A stretch of DNA of 61,370 bases from an uncultured Mycoplasmatota bacterium (GTDB lineage Bacteria; Bacillota_I; Bacilli_A; RF39; UBA660): assembly GCA_947365915.1 (NCBI GenBank), contig CANAXT010000003.1, forward strand, positions 1 through 61,370, in the 5' to 3' direction. Position numbers and translations under genes: made by a program. This document shows, piece after piece, positions 1-9,460 of this stretch. The notes below the pieces were generated by a model. It was not told the origin of the DNA. It ran no database searches and saw only the letters and a list, made by a program, of their open reading frames with translations. Positions within the stretch are counted from its first letter, which is position 1. Each line of letters opens with the position of its first letter.

Positions 1-201
1 TACCAGGTTTGGAGTTTCACCAAACTATATATTAAGCACCGAACTGGCGCACCCTCATAAACAAAAAAAAACCTTTATTTTAGGGCTTTCCTTTATTAAT
101 AATGTTATTTTAGTTAAAATTTATCGTATTCAAATGAACTGTTTGTTAATACTTTTTTATCAAAAATTTTGTCAAATTCAATGGAAAATATTAATCATTT
201 T

Positions 202-1683
202 CTATACTCTTATGTCTTCTTTGGTAATTGTTTTTAAAGTATTTTTGTTTTTGGTGTTTTTGGTATTGGTTGCATGTTTTAAAATGGTTTTTTCATAAAT
301 ATTACGAATGAATCTGGCGTTTCCAAAGTTTTTGGTGTTTTTATTTTCGTTGATCAATATCTTTAATTGTTCTAATACCTCTTTATCAATGATAAATCCT
401 GCTTTTTTGGTCATGTTTATGAATATTTGTTTTAGTTCCTCTGTGGTGTAATCTTCAAATTCTAATGTGTAACCGATTCTAGATACGATTCCAGAGTTGG
501 AGTTTAAAAAGGCTTGCATTTCTTTGGTGTATCCAGCAAATATCACTACCAATTGGTCACGATAGTCTTCCATTGCTTTGATGAGTGTTGCGATGGCTTC
601 TCCATTATATGAATTTTTCCCATCATCTTTTAGGGCGTATGCTTCATCTATAAATAGTACTCCTCCCATAGCTTTTTCAATAACTGCCATGGTTTTGGGT
701 CCTGTTTGTCCAACGTATTCTCCAACTAAGTCTTTGGCGCTTACTTCAATGAGTTTGTTTTCTTTGATGTATTTTAAGTCAAATAGAATGTTACAAATCA
801 TTCTAGCGACTGTTGTTTTTCCAGTTCCTGGGTTTCCTAAGAAAACCATATGAAGATTTATGTTGTTTATTTTTAAGCCGGTTTTACTTTTGAATGTGAT
901 TAAGTCTACTAATTCATTTAAAGTTTGTTTTATTTTGTTTAATCCTACTAATTCGTTTAATTCTTGAAATACTTCTTTTGTTGATTTTGTTTTTTCTAAT
1001 TCTGGAATTTTTTTATAAAAAGTTATGTATTCTATTATTTGACTTAGATAAGTATCTGCGTCTTTGTTTTGATATGTTTTTTCGATATAGTTTAAAAGTT
1101 CTCGTTTTTGTGAGTCTTCTAAATCTAGTTGGGTGGTTATGTTGTTATACATTTCTTGAATAGTTGGATTTTCACCAATGATTTTGAAAGCAAAGAGTTT
1201 TTCTAGTTCTTGATCATGGAAAAAGAAGTCTTGTAGTTCTTCTTTTGTTCCTGTGATGAGTACTATTTTCCTGTTTTCTATTTTTTCTTTTAATAAGTGA
1301 ATCAGTTTGTTTTTTTTCTCTTGTTCATATTCTTTAAAAGCTTCTAGGTCTTTGATTAGTAAAATGGTATTGAAATCTATTTTGTCTATATTCTCTATTT
1401 GGTAAAATGAGAGATATGTAATTTGTTTTTCTCCATATTGATAAGTATTACTTGCTTGTTTTATGATTGAAGCGATTTCTTCTATTGTTTTTTTGCTATC
1501 GGTTTCTAAGGAAATTCTAAATGCGATTTTATTTTTTTCGGTTCCTTTACAGTAGTTTTCCATAAATTGAATCATTTTTTTTAGTAGTGTTTTTGATGTT
1601 TCTTCTATGTATAATTCATCAATTTCTTTGGTATTGTTGGAATTAACTTCTGTTTTAAAGAAGTCGTTATAAATGCTATTCAT
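202..1683 (-). CDS. AAA+ ATPase, SpoVK/CbbX(CfxQ)-type, with a ~250-aa N-terminal extension
   Basis: 493-aa ORF with Walker A 'GNPGTGKTTVAR' and Walker B 'VLFIDEAYAL'. Its ATG lies 1 nt from the stop of the upstream TelA-like gene, suggesting translational coupling. Confidence 0.8.
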   Translation of the reverse strand: MNSIYNDFFKTEVNSNNTKEIDELYIEETSKTLLKKMIQFMENYCKGTEKNKIAFRISLETDSKKTIEEIASIIKQASNTYQYGEKQITYLSFYQIENIDKIDFNTILLIKDLEAFKEYEQEKKNKLIHLLKEKIENRKIVLITGTKEELQDFFFHDQELEKLFAFKIIGENPTIQEMYNNITTQLDLEDSQKRELLNYIEKTYQNKDADTYLSQIIEYITFYKKIPELEKTKSTKEVFQELNELVGLNKIKQTLNELVDLITFKSKTGLKINNINLHMVFLGNPGTGKTTVARMICNILFDLKYIKENKLIEVSAKDLVGEYVGQTGPKTMAVIEKAMGGVLFIDEAYALKDDGKNSYNGEAIATLIKAMEDYRDQLVVIFAGYTKEMQAFLNSNSGIVSRIGYTLEFEDYTTEELKQIFINMTKKAGFIIDKEVLEQLKILINENKNTKNFGNARFIRNIYEKTILKHATNTKNTKNKNTLKTITKEDIRV

Positions 1684-1684
1684 T

Positions 1685-2824
1685 TTACACCTTTATTTCT
1701 AATAGTTTGTCTTTTAGTTCTTTTTCAATTACAGCAAGTTCTGATTCTGCCATTTGTCTATTTTGTCTTCCTTCTTCGTGGATTTTTATGACTTCGTCAA
1801 TGGTAGTAATGATATCTTGGTTTGTTTTTTTGATGGTGTCAATGTCTACGATGGCTCTTTCTGATTCTCTTGCGATATCAATAGATCCTTGTTTTAGGGT
1901 TTCGCTATTTTTTATTAGCATCTCATTGGTAAGTTTTGATACCGCTTGTTCGTCTTTGAGGGCTTTTTTGGTGTTTGCGATTCCTAGCGCTAAAACGATT
2001 TGGTTTTTCCATAATGGTATGGTATTGGTAATAGAGCTTTGAATTTTTTCTACTAATTCTGCTTCGCTATTTTGTAGTAGTCTAATTTGTGGTGCCATTT
2101 GAATGGAAATGATTCTGGTAATTTTTAAGTCGTGTATTTTCTTTTCAAAGCGGTTGATAATGTTTTCCATGTCTTGAATTTTTTGAATGTCTAGTTGGTC
2201 ATTTGTTTCTAGAGCTCGTTTTTTTAAGAGTGGTAATTCTTTCGTTTTTAGTTCTTCTAGTTTTCGTTCTCCAGCTATGATATATAGTGAGATTTCTTTA
2301 AAGTATTCTAAGTTTTTTTCATACATGGTATCAAAGATATTGATATCTTTTAGTAACATGATTTTGTTTTTTTCTAGTCCGTTTTCGATGGTGTCGATGT
2401 TTTTTTCGATTTTGTTATATTTGGCAATGATGGTGTTGAAGTCTTTTTTTAGTTTGTTAAAGATTTTAAAGATTCCTTTTTTGTTTGTTTGATCGATAGA
2501 GGTATCAAAATCTTTTATTTCTGATACTAGGTTTGATAGTAAGTCTCCTACTTCTTTTGCGTCTTTTGTTTTCACATCTTTTAATACGGCATCTGAGAAT
2601 TCACTGATTTTGTTTTGGGCACTTGCTCCATATTGTAAGATTTGAGTGGCGTCAAAGACATCTATTTTTTGATTGAATTCTTCAATTGCTTTTTTTTCTT
2701 CTTCTGATAGTTCTTCATAGTTTAGTGATTTTTCTATTTTTTCGTCTGTTATTTTTTCGTTTTTTTCGATGATTTGTTCTACTTTTTTGTCATCTATTTT
2801 GTTTTGTACTTTTAATTCTTCCAT
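1685..2824 (-). CDS. telA: TelA/YaaN-family toxic anion resistance-like protein
   Basis: 379-aa helical, coiled-coil-rich protein of TelA size and composition. It sits downstream of an XpaC-like gene (one lipoprotein ORF, 2829-4007, lies between them), recalling the xpaC-yaaN pair of Bacillus/Listeria. Family call is from memory, not an HMM. Confidence 0.65.
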   Translation of the reverse strand: MEELKVQNKIDDKKVEQIIEKNEKITDEKIEKSLNYEELSEEEKKAIEEFNQKIDVFDATQILQYGASAQNKISEFSDAVLKDVKTKDAKEVGDLLSNLVSEIKDFDTSIDQTNKKGIFKIFNKLKKDFNTIIAKYNKIEKNIDTIENGLEKNKIMLLKDINIFDTMYEKNLEYFKEISLYIIAGERKLEELKTKELPLLKKRALETNDQLDIQKIQDMENIINRFEKKIHDLKITRIISIQMAPQIRLLQNSEAELVEKIQSSITNTIPLWKNQIVLALGIANTKKALKDEQAVSKLTNEMLIKNSETLKQGSIDIARESERAIVDIDTIKKTNQDIITTIDEVIKIHEEGRQNRQMAESELAVIEKELKDKLLEIKV

Positions 2825-2828
2825 ATTT

Positions 2829-4007
2829 TTAATTCTCCTTTAAATATTCTATTAGTTCGTTATAGTAATCCATTTTTAGGCTTGATACGATACTGGTTAT
2901 GGTTTTTGGTACACCAATTCCAAGGGATGTTACGTCATAGTTTTCTCCTGTAATTCCAGTTCTAAATCCATATTTTGTCCATGCGATTTGTCCAATTTCT
3001 TTGTCGTTTAATGCTTCATAGAGTTTTTTTCCGTTTTCGGTAAAGGCGGCAAAGCAATGGGAGTTCCAAATGGTTGGTTTTGGATACAATATGACAATGT
3101 CGTTTTTGATTTGTTCAAATCCTTCTTGGTTGGAGTTGGCAAAGTCAATTAGACTTTTTTCATAGTCTACAATCATTGGTTCTCCACCCATACCAGTTTT
3201 CAGGTATCTTTCAAATAGGTCAGCTGGTGTGTTGTTCATATAGCCTGATTTTTCATAAAATTGTTTTAGTTTTGGTAAGTTGGTTTTTAGGTTTTCATCA
3301 TTGATCCCGTTTTCTCCTAATATGGATAATAATAATCCATAGTAAGTGGCTCCTGGTGAGGATGAGATTGGGTCTGTTGATGAAATATTAATGTTTCCAT
3401 ATAAGTCGTTTAGTCCTATGTCACTCCATTTTTTTCCTTCTAATATGTAAGTGATTAGTTTGTTCATGTCTGTGATGTAATAAACGTCATCTGTTTTGGT
3501 AACGATGTTTTCGTTTATTAATGCTTCTACGACTGGTTTCCAACTATAGATTACAATTGGTGTATTTAAGGTTAGGTTTCCTGCTAGAACAGGATATCTT
3601 TCTGCTTCGTTTTCTTTTGGTGACAGTTTATAGTAGTCATAAAATCGTTGGTCTGATGTAAATAAGGCGTCATATTTTGAGGCTTGTTCGGTATGAATGG
3701 ATACTGGTTGTTTGTTTTCTATTTGTTTTATGATTTCTTGGTTTCCAAATCCGACTTCTTCTCTGATTAATGGTAAGTTAATTGTTTTTCCGTTACTCCA
3801 TGTATCGAAAACTACGTTTAAGTGATATTTTGTTTCTAGAATTTTCAAAACTTCTTTGTCAGAAATAAAGTCTTCTTTTCCTCCTCCTGTTGCGACGTAA
3901 ACAGTGGTTAAGTTTTTTGTGTTTTCGTTTGTGGTACAGGCTTTTATTCCTATTATAAATACAATCAGAAATATGAATATTCCAATTCCTGTTAGTCTTT
4001 TATTCAT
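2829..4007 (-). CDS. Lipoprotein with a solute-binding-protein-like extracellular domain
   Basis: 392 aa. Signal peptide plus lipobox 'IGIKAC'. Resembles the N-terminal half of the vWA protein at 4616-6214. Overlaps the upstream gene by 8 nt. Confidence 0.6.
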   Translation of the reverse strand: MNKRLTGIGIFIFLIVFIIGIKACTTNENTKNLTTVYVATGGGKEDFISDKEVLKILETKYHLNVVFDTWSNGKTINLPLIREEVGFGNQEIIKQIENKQPVSIHTEQASKYDALFTSDQRFYDYYKLSPKENEAERYPVLAGNLTLNTPIVIYSWKPVVEALINENIVTKTDDVYYITDMNKLITYILEGKKWSDIGLNDLYGNINISSTDPISSSPGATYYGLLLSILGENGINDENLKTNLPKLKQFYEKSGYMNNTPADLFERYLKTGMGGEPMIVDYEKSLIDFANSNQEGFEQIKNDIVILYPKPTIWNSHCFAAFTENGKKLYEALNDKEIGQIAWTKYGFRTGITGENYDVTSLGIGVPKTITSIVSSLKMDYYNELIEYLKEN

Positions 4008-4614
4008 GTTTATTCTCCTTATCTAAGATATCAAGTGCATCATCTTTTAGTCCATCACTTTTTAACATAGAGTTTAGTACTTTCATTTCAACGTTGGTTT
4101 CAATGATATCTTTTTGGTATAAGTTATTTAGTATTTCTTTGAATGCTTCGTTTGATTCTTGCAGCATTTGTTTGGTAGAACTCAAAAATTTTTTGCTTTC
4201 TTTTGATGAGAGTTCTTGATTTTCGATGTTGTCATATTGGTCTATTATTTTTGTAACTGCGGGTAAATAGTAGTCGAAAAATTTGTTTGTTCCTGCAATT
4301 TTATAAGGTTTGGTTTCGATGGTTCTAATGATTTTGAATACGTTTTTATGAATTTCTCTTAGGGTTTCTTTTACTTCTTCATCGTTGATTTCTTTAATCA
4401 TTGCTAAAATATGTCTGTCTTTTTCTTTGGCATTTTTTATTAGGTCTATTTGTTCAGTTTCTTTTTGTTTGTTTTTTTTGAATACTAGTTCTCCTGCACA
4501 AAAGGCAGATGCTCCAATTAATAAGGATGGAATCACTGGTACTGATAAGGTTAGATATGGTATTGCGAAAAAGATTCCTCCGGTTAGTGCGGAAAGTATG
4601 TCATGATTTTTCAT
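4000..4614 (-). CDS. XpaC-like (5-bromo-4-chloroindolyl phosphate hydrolysis family) membrane protein
   Basis: 204 aa with two N-terminal TM helices and a helical C-terminal domain. Gene order beside telA matches known xpaC-telA pairs. Confidence 0.5.
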   Translation of the reverse strand: MKNHDILSALTGGIFFAIPYLTLSVPVIPSLLIGASAFCAGELVFKKNKQKETEQIDLIKNAKEKDRHILAMIKEINDEEVKETLREIHKNVFKIIRTIETKPYKIAGTNKFFDYYLPAVTKIIDQYDNIENQELSSKESKKFLSSTKQMLQESNEAFKEILNNLYQKDIIETNVEMKVLNSMLKSDGLKDDALDILDKENKHE

Positions 4615-4615
4615 A

Positions 4616-6214
4616 TTAATTATATCCTCTCACTTCTTTAAAGGCAGATAGCAAATTGGTTTTTCCATCAAATACTCTAGCGTTTGTTAGTTTTGCGATT
4701 TGTTCTAGTTGTTCTTCTATGGCTTCTCCAAAGGTAATACTGTAAACAGGAATATTGGTTTTGGTGTTTTGATACGTTGTAGATAGTTTTATAAATCTTC
4801 CTACGTTGATGTCTCCATCGGTCAAGGCAATGATGGTTTTTGTGTAGTCATTGGATTCTTGATTTAGTATTTCGATTCCTTTTTGGATTGCGTCATATAA
4901 TGCTGTTGTTCCTCCTACTTGTAAGGTGGATATGTTTTTTTGTAGTTGTTCTGTTTGATATCCATTTTCGGTGGTCCAAGTATCTATTACTTGGGTACTA
5001 AAAGGAATGATTGTAATTTTGTCTTTTTCTGAAAATTGAAGATTGTCTTCTTTGGCTTGTTCGTAGTCTAAGATATAGTTCATGGCATTCTTTAGTTCTG
5101 TGATTCCTTCTCCATGCATACTTCCTGAGTAGTCGAGGCAAAAGACAACGTGTGTTGGTTTTCTCACTTTTTCGATGTAGAGGTTTAGTGCTAAGGTCAT
5201 GATTTTTTTGGATGGAAATTTGGTTACATTCAGATAGTTTTCTGTATCTATTCCCCATTCTTTATTGAATATTTTTTGGTCTGCTTTGTTGGTTGTTCCT
5301 CCATACCATGTTCTTCTTCCTTTGTTTTCTAGTTTTTTTTGTGATTCTTTACTAAGTAAGTATTGTTGAATTTTTGTGAATTCTTCATTTTTATTTTTGT
5401 TAATGAGTCCAAATGTGGAGTCATTGATTGCTACACCATCTGTTGGAAATAATAGATATAATGGTTCTTTTCCGTTTTCTGTTAGGGTTTTATTGATGTT
5501 AATTAATGAGGATTCTGATGCGATTACGGCTTCGTATTGATCGTTATTTAAAAACATTTCTTCTAAGTAGTCTTCTTCTTTGCTTACTCGTTCTACTCCT
5601 GAAAAAATAGAGGTTAAGTCTGTTAGTAAGGTTTCGTCTCTAATGATTTCTTCGGTTAGTATTTCTGGGTTTCCTGCTAGAGCGTTTAGAAATCCAAAGT
5701 AAGCGGTTGCTCCCGTATTGGTTTGGGTAACTGATGACATGACATATTTTATTTTTTTGTCACGAATGAGGTTTAAAAGGTCGTTATTACTTACTTTGGT
5801 ATTAATGAGTCCTAGTTCTTTTGCTTTTGTTTTTTTTATTCCAAATACGACTGGACTAATACTAATGGATTTTGAGTTGTTAATGAGAGATGGGTTTTTA
5901 AGCATATATGACCACATGGAGTTTGAAAGCCATACGGCATCATATTGATTACTATTTTGATCTAGTTCGTCAATAATTTCTAAGTCCCCCATATACTGGA
6001 ATTTTAGTTTTATTTGTTCTTTTTTGGCGTATTTTTGGATATCATTTTCTAAGTCTTTGTTTTCATATGATGATAGTATTGTAAGTTGTTGTGGACTTTT
6101 TATCCAAATTTGTCCAGATTTGAATAAGGAAACGATACTGGTAATAAAAATAAAGATACTAAAAATAAATGCGACTATTCCAATGATCCATATTTCTTTT
6201 TTGTTATTTTCCAT
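4616..6214 (-). CDS. Membrane-anchored protein with a solute-binding-like domain and a C-terminal von Willebrand factor A domain
   Basis: 532 aa. N-terminal TM helix. MIDAS-type motif 'FCLDYSGSM' followed by 'ALTDGD'. First gene of the five-gene operon. Confidence 0.75.
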   Translation of the reverse strand: MENNKKEIWIIGIVAFIFSIFIFITSIVSLFKSGQIWIKSPQQLTILSSYENKDLENDIQKYAKKEQIKLKFQYMGDLEIIDELDQNSNQYDAVWLSNSMWSYMLKNPSLINNSKSISISPVVFGIKKTKAKELGLINTKVSNNDLLNLIRDKKIKYVMSSVTQTNTGATAYFGFLNALAGNPEILTEEIIRDETLLTDLTSIFSGVERVSKEEDYLEEMFLNNDQYEAVIASESSLININKTLTENGKEPLYLLFPTDGVAINDSTFGLINKNKNEEFTKIQQYLLSKESQKKLENKGRRTWYGGTTNKADQKIFNKEWGIDTENYLNVTKFPSKKIMTLALNLYIEKVRKPTHVVFCLDYSGSMHGEGITELKNAMNYILDYEQAKEDNLQFSEKDKITIIPFSTQVIDTWTTENGYQTEQLQKNISTLQVGGTTALYDAIQKGIEILNQESNDYTKTIIALTDGDINVGRFIKLSTTYQNTKTNIPVYSITFGEAIEEQLEQIAKLTNARVFDGKTNLLSAFKEVRGYN

Positions 6215-6264
6215 GTTATCACCTTTAGTATAAGTATAACATTTTGATGTATAAAAGGAAAGTT

Positions 6265-6293
6265 TTTTTCAAAAAAAACTAGATATCTAGTTT
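6265..6293 (-). terminator. Intrinsic terminator after the split PD-(D/E)XK gene
   Basis: On the minus strand, AAACUAGAUAUCUAGUUU palindrome followed by a U-run. Overlaps the stop codon at 6292-6294. Confidence 0.6.
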
Positions 6294-7929
6294 ATCTTAC
6301 AATGCAAGTTTTTTCACAAAATACGATTGCATATGTTGTGATGTTTTTTACTTGATCTAGTTTTAATTCTTGATAGTATTCTTTCTCTTTCATTTGATTT
6401 ATTGCTTTTTCTGCTTCTTTTTCCATAACTTCCAATGTGTCCGCAATTTTAATTTCAATAATGATTCCTATACTTCTGTCTACTTTTTCAATTAATAAAT
6501 CATATCTTCCAATTCCTGCTTCTCTATTTGATTTTACGATAAATAATTCATTTGAGAATATTGAAAATAGGCCTAGTAAGTAACCATGGTAAAAGACTTC
6601 TTTTTGATCATGATAGGATCCTCTTAATAACAAACTATTTAAAAATTCTTCTATTTTTTGTTTTTCATCATGTAATACAGCTTCTCTAAATTGAGAGAGT
6701 TTTTTGTTTACATCAAATCCTACTGTCATTTCCTTTATAATTTTTATAAATTCTTCTTTTACTTCTTTGTTTGGAATTCTAAAATATTCTTCGATTTCGT
6801 TATATTTATTTTTAATACTTTTATCATATGTTAAATAGCCTGATGCCAATAATAAATTAAAAATCACTTCTCCATTTTCTATGTTGTCCGTTAAGTCTTA
6901 GAATGTTATCATGTTGTTATAAGCAAATGTAATACTTTCTCCTAGTATTAGTTTTTCGATTTCTATTTTATTTTCTTCATTTGTTTCTTTTAAGATTTGT
7001 TTAATTAATGCGTTGTCTGAAGTATTGAACCAGTAAGAAATGACTTTTTTATCTTGGACATAGTTTAAGATACTCCATGGGTTATAAATTGCTGCTCCTC
7101 CAAAGTTATATCCATTGTAATATTCTTTGATATTTTGAGTGAGTTCTAGCCCATAATCGTTTAATAATTCTTTTGTTTCTGATTCCGTAAATCCAAAATA
7201 TTCGTTATATTGTTCACTCATGATATCATAAATTTTCGGGTTATTAAATCCACTAAAAATACTTTCTTTACTGACTCTTGTGATTCCTGTTAGAATTCCC
7301 ATTTTTAAGTTTTCGTTTCCTTTTAGGCTACTTGAAAATACGCCTCGAATTAGGCTCATCACTTCTTCATATATATGATTGACATAAGAATTCACAATTG
7401 GAGCATCGTATTCATCGATTAAGATAATGACTCTTTCTTCATGATATCGATATAGCCAAGCAGATAAAAAATTTATAGCTTGGGTGTAATCATCTTCTGT
7501 TCCAAGTTCTCCCTTAATAATTTCGAATTTTCTTTTTTCTTCTTCATCTAATACTTCTTTTACATAACTTTTTTCTGTATATAACTTAGCTATCATAATT
7601 TTGAATTGATTTAATACTTGTTCATATGTATTTCTCTTTAATTCTTTAAAATCAACATGAATGACTGGATATTTTCCACATTCTTTCATGTATTCTGAAG
7701 ATTCTATATATAATCCTTTAAATAATTCTTTTTCTTTTTTGTCAATGTTAAAGAAGCTGTCAATCATAGATAATAGTAAAGTTTTTCTAAATCTTCTAGG
7801 TCTGAGAAATATAGAAACTAAAGGTTTATTATATAGTATTTCTTCTATTACCTTCGTCTTATCTACATAATAATTATTATTTTCAATTAGCCTTCTAAAA
7901 TTATCTTCTCCTATTGGTACTGGTCTCAT
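6292..7929 (-). pseudogene. AAA-ATPase-like / PD-(D/E)XK (PDDEXK_9-type) protein interrupted by one in-frame TAA (6898-6900)
   Basis: ORFs 6898-7929 and 6292-6867 are in the same frame, separated only by a TAA. The intact paralog (48405-50045) has CAA (Gln) at the aligned codon ('MITFQDL' vs 'MITF*DL'). Long identical runs are shared, e.g. 'GNENLKMGILTGITRVSKESIFSGFNNP'. Confidence 0.8.
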
Positions 7930-7985
7930 GGAATCACCTATTCTCTATTATAATAGAGTTTGGTTGTTAATACAAGTTTTTAAGT

Positions 7986-8168
7986 AAAAAAAAAGCCCAA
8001 AAGATCGGCGCTCGTAACGATAAAAACCTGATCTCCCAGGTGGGTATCACAGAATCGATATCAGGAGTCCTGTACTGTGTACAAGCATTCAACAACAACC
8101 GATTCATTAGATTCCCAATCGTTATAATTAGTAGGTTTTTCAATAAAAGCAAACCATATCTTTTAGGC
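7986..8168 (-). ncRNA. Candidate ~180-nt stable sRNA (6S-like architecture); identity unconfirmed
   Basis: Has its own promoter (see next feature). The 5' end GCCUAAAAGAU (8168-8158) pairs with the 3' end AUCUUUUGGGC (8005-7995), followed by U9. Internal helices include CACAG/CUGUG, CAGG-ACU-CCUG and AAAAACCU/AGGUUUUU. No RBS-preceded ORF. Confidence 0.4.
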
Positions 8169-8174
8169 AATTTC

Positions 8175-8204
8175 ATTATATCATATTCCGTAACTGTTTG
8201 TCAC
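8175..8204 (-). promoter_or_regulatory. Sigma-A-type promoter for the sRNA candidate
   Basis: Minus strand reads GTGACA, 18 nt, TGaTATAAT (extended -10). Confidence 0.5.
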
Positions 8205-8251
8205 CTGAGTTTTTATCATTTTACATTTTTTTACTTTTTTATAGGAATTTA

Positions 8252-9367
8252 TTATTTTTTACCAATATCTGGTAGTCCTGCATTTTTTTGTTGATGCGCT
8301 AAAGCAAGTACTTTTTCTTTTCCGTTTTGTAATGCTTGAATGGATCTTCCATTTCCTAATGTATCGATGATTTCTGCTAGATAAGGCATGCAGTTGACAC
8401 TTTCTAGCCATCTTCTTTTTAAATATTCATCTGGTATGTATGTTAAGTTGGTGGTATAAACACGATCGAAGATTCCTTTTTTATAAGCTTGATCAAAGTT
8501 TTCTATTCCACTTGTAAAAAGAGCAAATGAAGCGGCTAAGTATATTTTTCTAGCGCCCATTTCTTTCATTTTATTGGCTACATCAAACATGGATTCACCT
8601 GAGGCAATCATGTCATCTACAATTAAAATGTCTTTGCCAGTAACTTCTTTTCCTAAATAAGCATGTTCTACTACTGGATTTTTTCCATCTTTTACAATAG
8701 AATAATCTCTTCTTTTATAAGAAACTCCAAGATCGCATCCTAATAGTTCGGCATAATATCTAGCACGTTCTACGGCTCCCATGTCTGGACTTACAATAAA
8801 AATGTTGTCTAAGTCAATTTGTTCTTTTTTCAAAATGGTTTCTAATATAGTATGTGTTGGATAAAAATTGTCAAATGGAAGATTTGGAATTGCGTTTTGG
8901 ACTTGCGGATCATGAGCATCAAACGTAACAATTCCATTCACTCCTAAGGCTTCTAGTTCTTGAAGTGCCATGGCACAATCTAAGGATTCTCTTCCTTTTC
9001 GTTTGTGTTGTCTAGATTCATATAGTAAAGGCATTACAACATGAATACTAGACGTGTGGCCTTTGATTGCGGAAATGACTCTTTTGATATCTTGAAAATG
9101 TTCATCTGGTGTCATGATGTGGTCATTTCCATATAGTTTATAAGTGCAGCCATAGTTTCCTACATCAGATAATATGAATACATCTTTATGTCTTACTGTT
9201 GATTCTAGTTCTACTTTTCCTTCTCCATTACTAAATCTTGGTTGTTTGAGTGGAACTACAAGTTCACTTATATTTTCATATCGGTCTTGTAATCGTAAGG
9301 CGATTTCTTCTCCTCTCTTTTCAAAATTTTTTAAAATCACTAATCGAATATTTTGATTTACTTTCAA
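8252..9367 (-). CDS. prs: Ribose-phosphate diphosphokinase (PRPP synthetase), long form
   Basis: Motifs 'DAHDPQVQ' and the PRPP loop 'ILIVDDMIASGES'. TTG at 9367 sits 9 nt after GGGAGG. The ORF-track GTG at 9376 abuts the SD and is the alternative start. Confidence 0.85.
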   Translation of the reverse strand: MKVNQNIRLVILKNFEKRGEEIALRLQDRYENISELVVPLKQPRFSNGEGKVELESTVRHKDVFILSDVGNYGCTYKLYGNDHIMTPDEHFQDIKRVISAIKGHTSSIHVVMPLLYESRQHKRKGRESLDCAMALQELEALGVNGIVTFDAHDPQVQNAIPNLPFDNFYPTHTILETILKKEQIDLDNIFIVSPDMGAVERARYYAELLGCDLGVSYKRRDYSIVKDGKNPVVEHAYLGKEVTGKDILIVDDMIASGESMFDVANKMKEMGARKIYLAASFALFTSGIENFDQAYKKGIFDRVYTTNLTYIPDEYLKRRWLESVNCMPYLAEIIDTLGNGRSIQALQNGKEKVLALAHQQKNAGLPDIGKK

Positions 9368-9438
9368 AACTAACACCCTCCCACTAATTTCAATTTTAGT
9401 ATAGCATGAAAAAAATGGATTTTCTAGTAAATTGGCGC

Positions 9439-9460
9439 AAAAAAAATAACTTTCGTTATT
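9439..9460 (-). terminator. Intrinsic terminator after aspS
   Basis: On the minus strand, AAUAAC-GAAA-GUUAUU followed by a U-run. Overlaps the aspS stop codon. Confidence 0.55.

Noticed and set aside
1-110. Minus-strand 'UUCGGUGC...UUUGGUGAAACUCCAAACCUGGUA' resembling the 5' half of an FMN (RFN) riboswitch, cut by the window edge
   Set aside because: Only a partial match is present. An 11-nt insertion sits where J1/2 and P2 are normally adjacent, and the rest of the element and its downstream gene lie outside the window. It cannot be assessed here; scan the extended sequence with the FMN covariance model.
578-853. This and many other short plus-strand ORFs in the track that lie antisense to long minus-strand genes (e.g. 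1707-2042, 9406-9795, 11532-11870, 35416-35775, 50225-50521, 53537-53881, 60182-60478)
   Set aside because: They are embedded antisense in well-supported genes and are low-complexity (Phe/Leu/Ser-rich from AT-rich antisense). They have no RBS and are typical spurious ORFs.
7967-8294. ORF-track ORFs 7967-8176 (-) and 8040-8294 (+) in the prs-downstream intergenic region
   Set aside because: The minus-strand ATG sits inside the -10 box of the predicted promoter and has no RBS. The plus-strand ORF is antisense and low-complexity. The region is better explained as an sRNA with promoter and terminator.
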